From an uncultured delta proteobacterium (lineage in GTDB: Bacteria; Myxococcota; Myxococcia; Myxococcales; 40CM-4-68-19): DNA of 33,525 nucleotides. The notes under the pieces are model-generated. The model was not told the DNA's origin. It saw only the letters and a list, made by a program, of their open reading frames with translations, and made no database searches. Within the stretch, counting starts at the first letter, position 1. The number at the start of each line of letters is the position of its first letter. This document shows positions 33,194 through 33,525 of this stretch, in pieces. The position numbers and the translations under genes are program-made. The stretch lies in the NCBI GenBank assembly GCA_903911145.1, contig CAIWCD010000012.1, forward strand, positions 1 to 33,525, in the 5' to 3' direction.

Positions 33194-33525
33194 ATGGGCG
33201 AATCCAGCAGCGACTCTTCTGCGTCGGAGTCGAGCGCATCGAGCTCTGATCAGTCCTCCTCAAGCAGCGGCGCGTCGAGTTCGAGCAGCGACTCCTCGAG
33301 CAGCGACTCCTCGAGCAGCGGCGCGTCGAGTTCGAGCAGCGACTCCTCGAGCAGCGGCGCATCGAGTTCGAGCAGCGACTCCTCGAGCAGCGGCGCATCG
33401 AGTTCGAGCAGCGACTCCTCGAGCGGCGGCGCATCGAGTTCGAGCAGCGACTCCTCGAGCAGCGGCGCGTCGAGTTCGAGCAGCGACTCCTCAGGCAGCG
33501 GCGCGTCGAGTTCGAGCAGCGACTC
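33194..33525 (+). CDS. Serine-rich low-complexity protein, partial (runs off the right edge)
   Basis: ATG 33194 gives MGESSSDSSASESSASSSDQSSS followed by (SSGASSSSSDSS)n. Both TCN and AGY Ser codons are used, and TAGAAT lies upstream at 33126-33131. Confidence 0.6.
   Translation, partial: MGESSSDSSASESSASSSDQSSSSSGASSSSSDSSSSDSSSSGASSSSSDSSSSGASSSSSDSSSSGASSSSSDSSSGGASSSSSDSSSSGASSSSSDSSGSGASSSSSD
33263..33525 (+). repeat. 36-bp tandem repeat: six full units, one truncated by the window edge, and a 15-bp partial unit
   Basis: Unit AGCAGCGGCGC(G/A)TCGAGTTCGAGCAGCGACTCCTCG starts at 33263, 33314, 33350, 33386, 33422, 33458 and 33494. Confidence 0.93.

Noticed and set aside
33250..33525. Minus-strand reading of the terminal repeat as (EESLLELDAPLL)n
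   Set aside because: Unit variants would be Leu-to-Pro in that frame but Ser-to-Gly on the plus strand, and the non-repetitive leader stays Ser-rich on the plus strand. Not fully excluded without the adjacent sequence.

Overview
A GC-rich (roughly 65-70% by eye) bacterial segment; gene content suggests Myxococcota (inference). The left ~5 kb is the end of a genomic island integrated at a tRNA-Lys(UUU) gene. It carries an atypical tyrosine integrase, an excisionase-like HTH gene, a second tyrosine recombinase set divergently to an IS91/ISCR-type HUH transposase, and a phosphotransferase gene apparently cut by the IS end. The middle is mostly housekeeping: a PLP aminotransferase cluster, hom-thrC-thrB, a PP2C phosphatase, recN, gluQ, infA, a DUF4398/OmpA/hydrolase/GAF operon and yceI. 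The right end holds three tandem paralogous ~860-aa glycine-rich lipoproteins, a DUF1460 amidase-like gene and the start of a serine-rich tandem-repeat ORF. Three signals are not explained by standard annotation. (1) Three ~130-bp intergenic elements share invariant cores but have different, self-complementary arms. (2) An identical 23-bp AT-rich quasi-palindrome sits in frame in both thrB and gluQ, encoding DALHSND in each. (3) The lipoprotein triplet has equal-length collagen-like segments, a CxxC loop and an invariant C-terminal TSSWTH. Family names come from motif recognition only; no database search was run.
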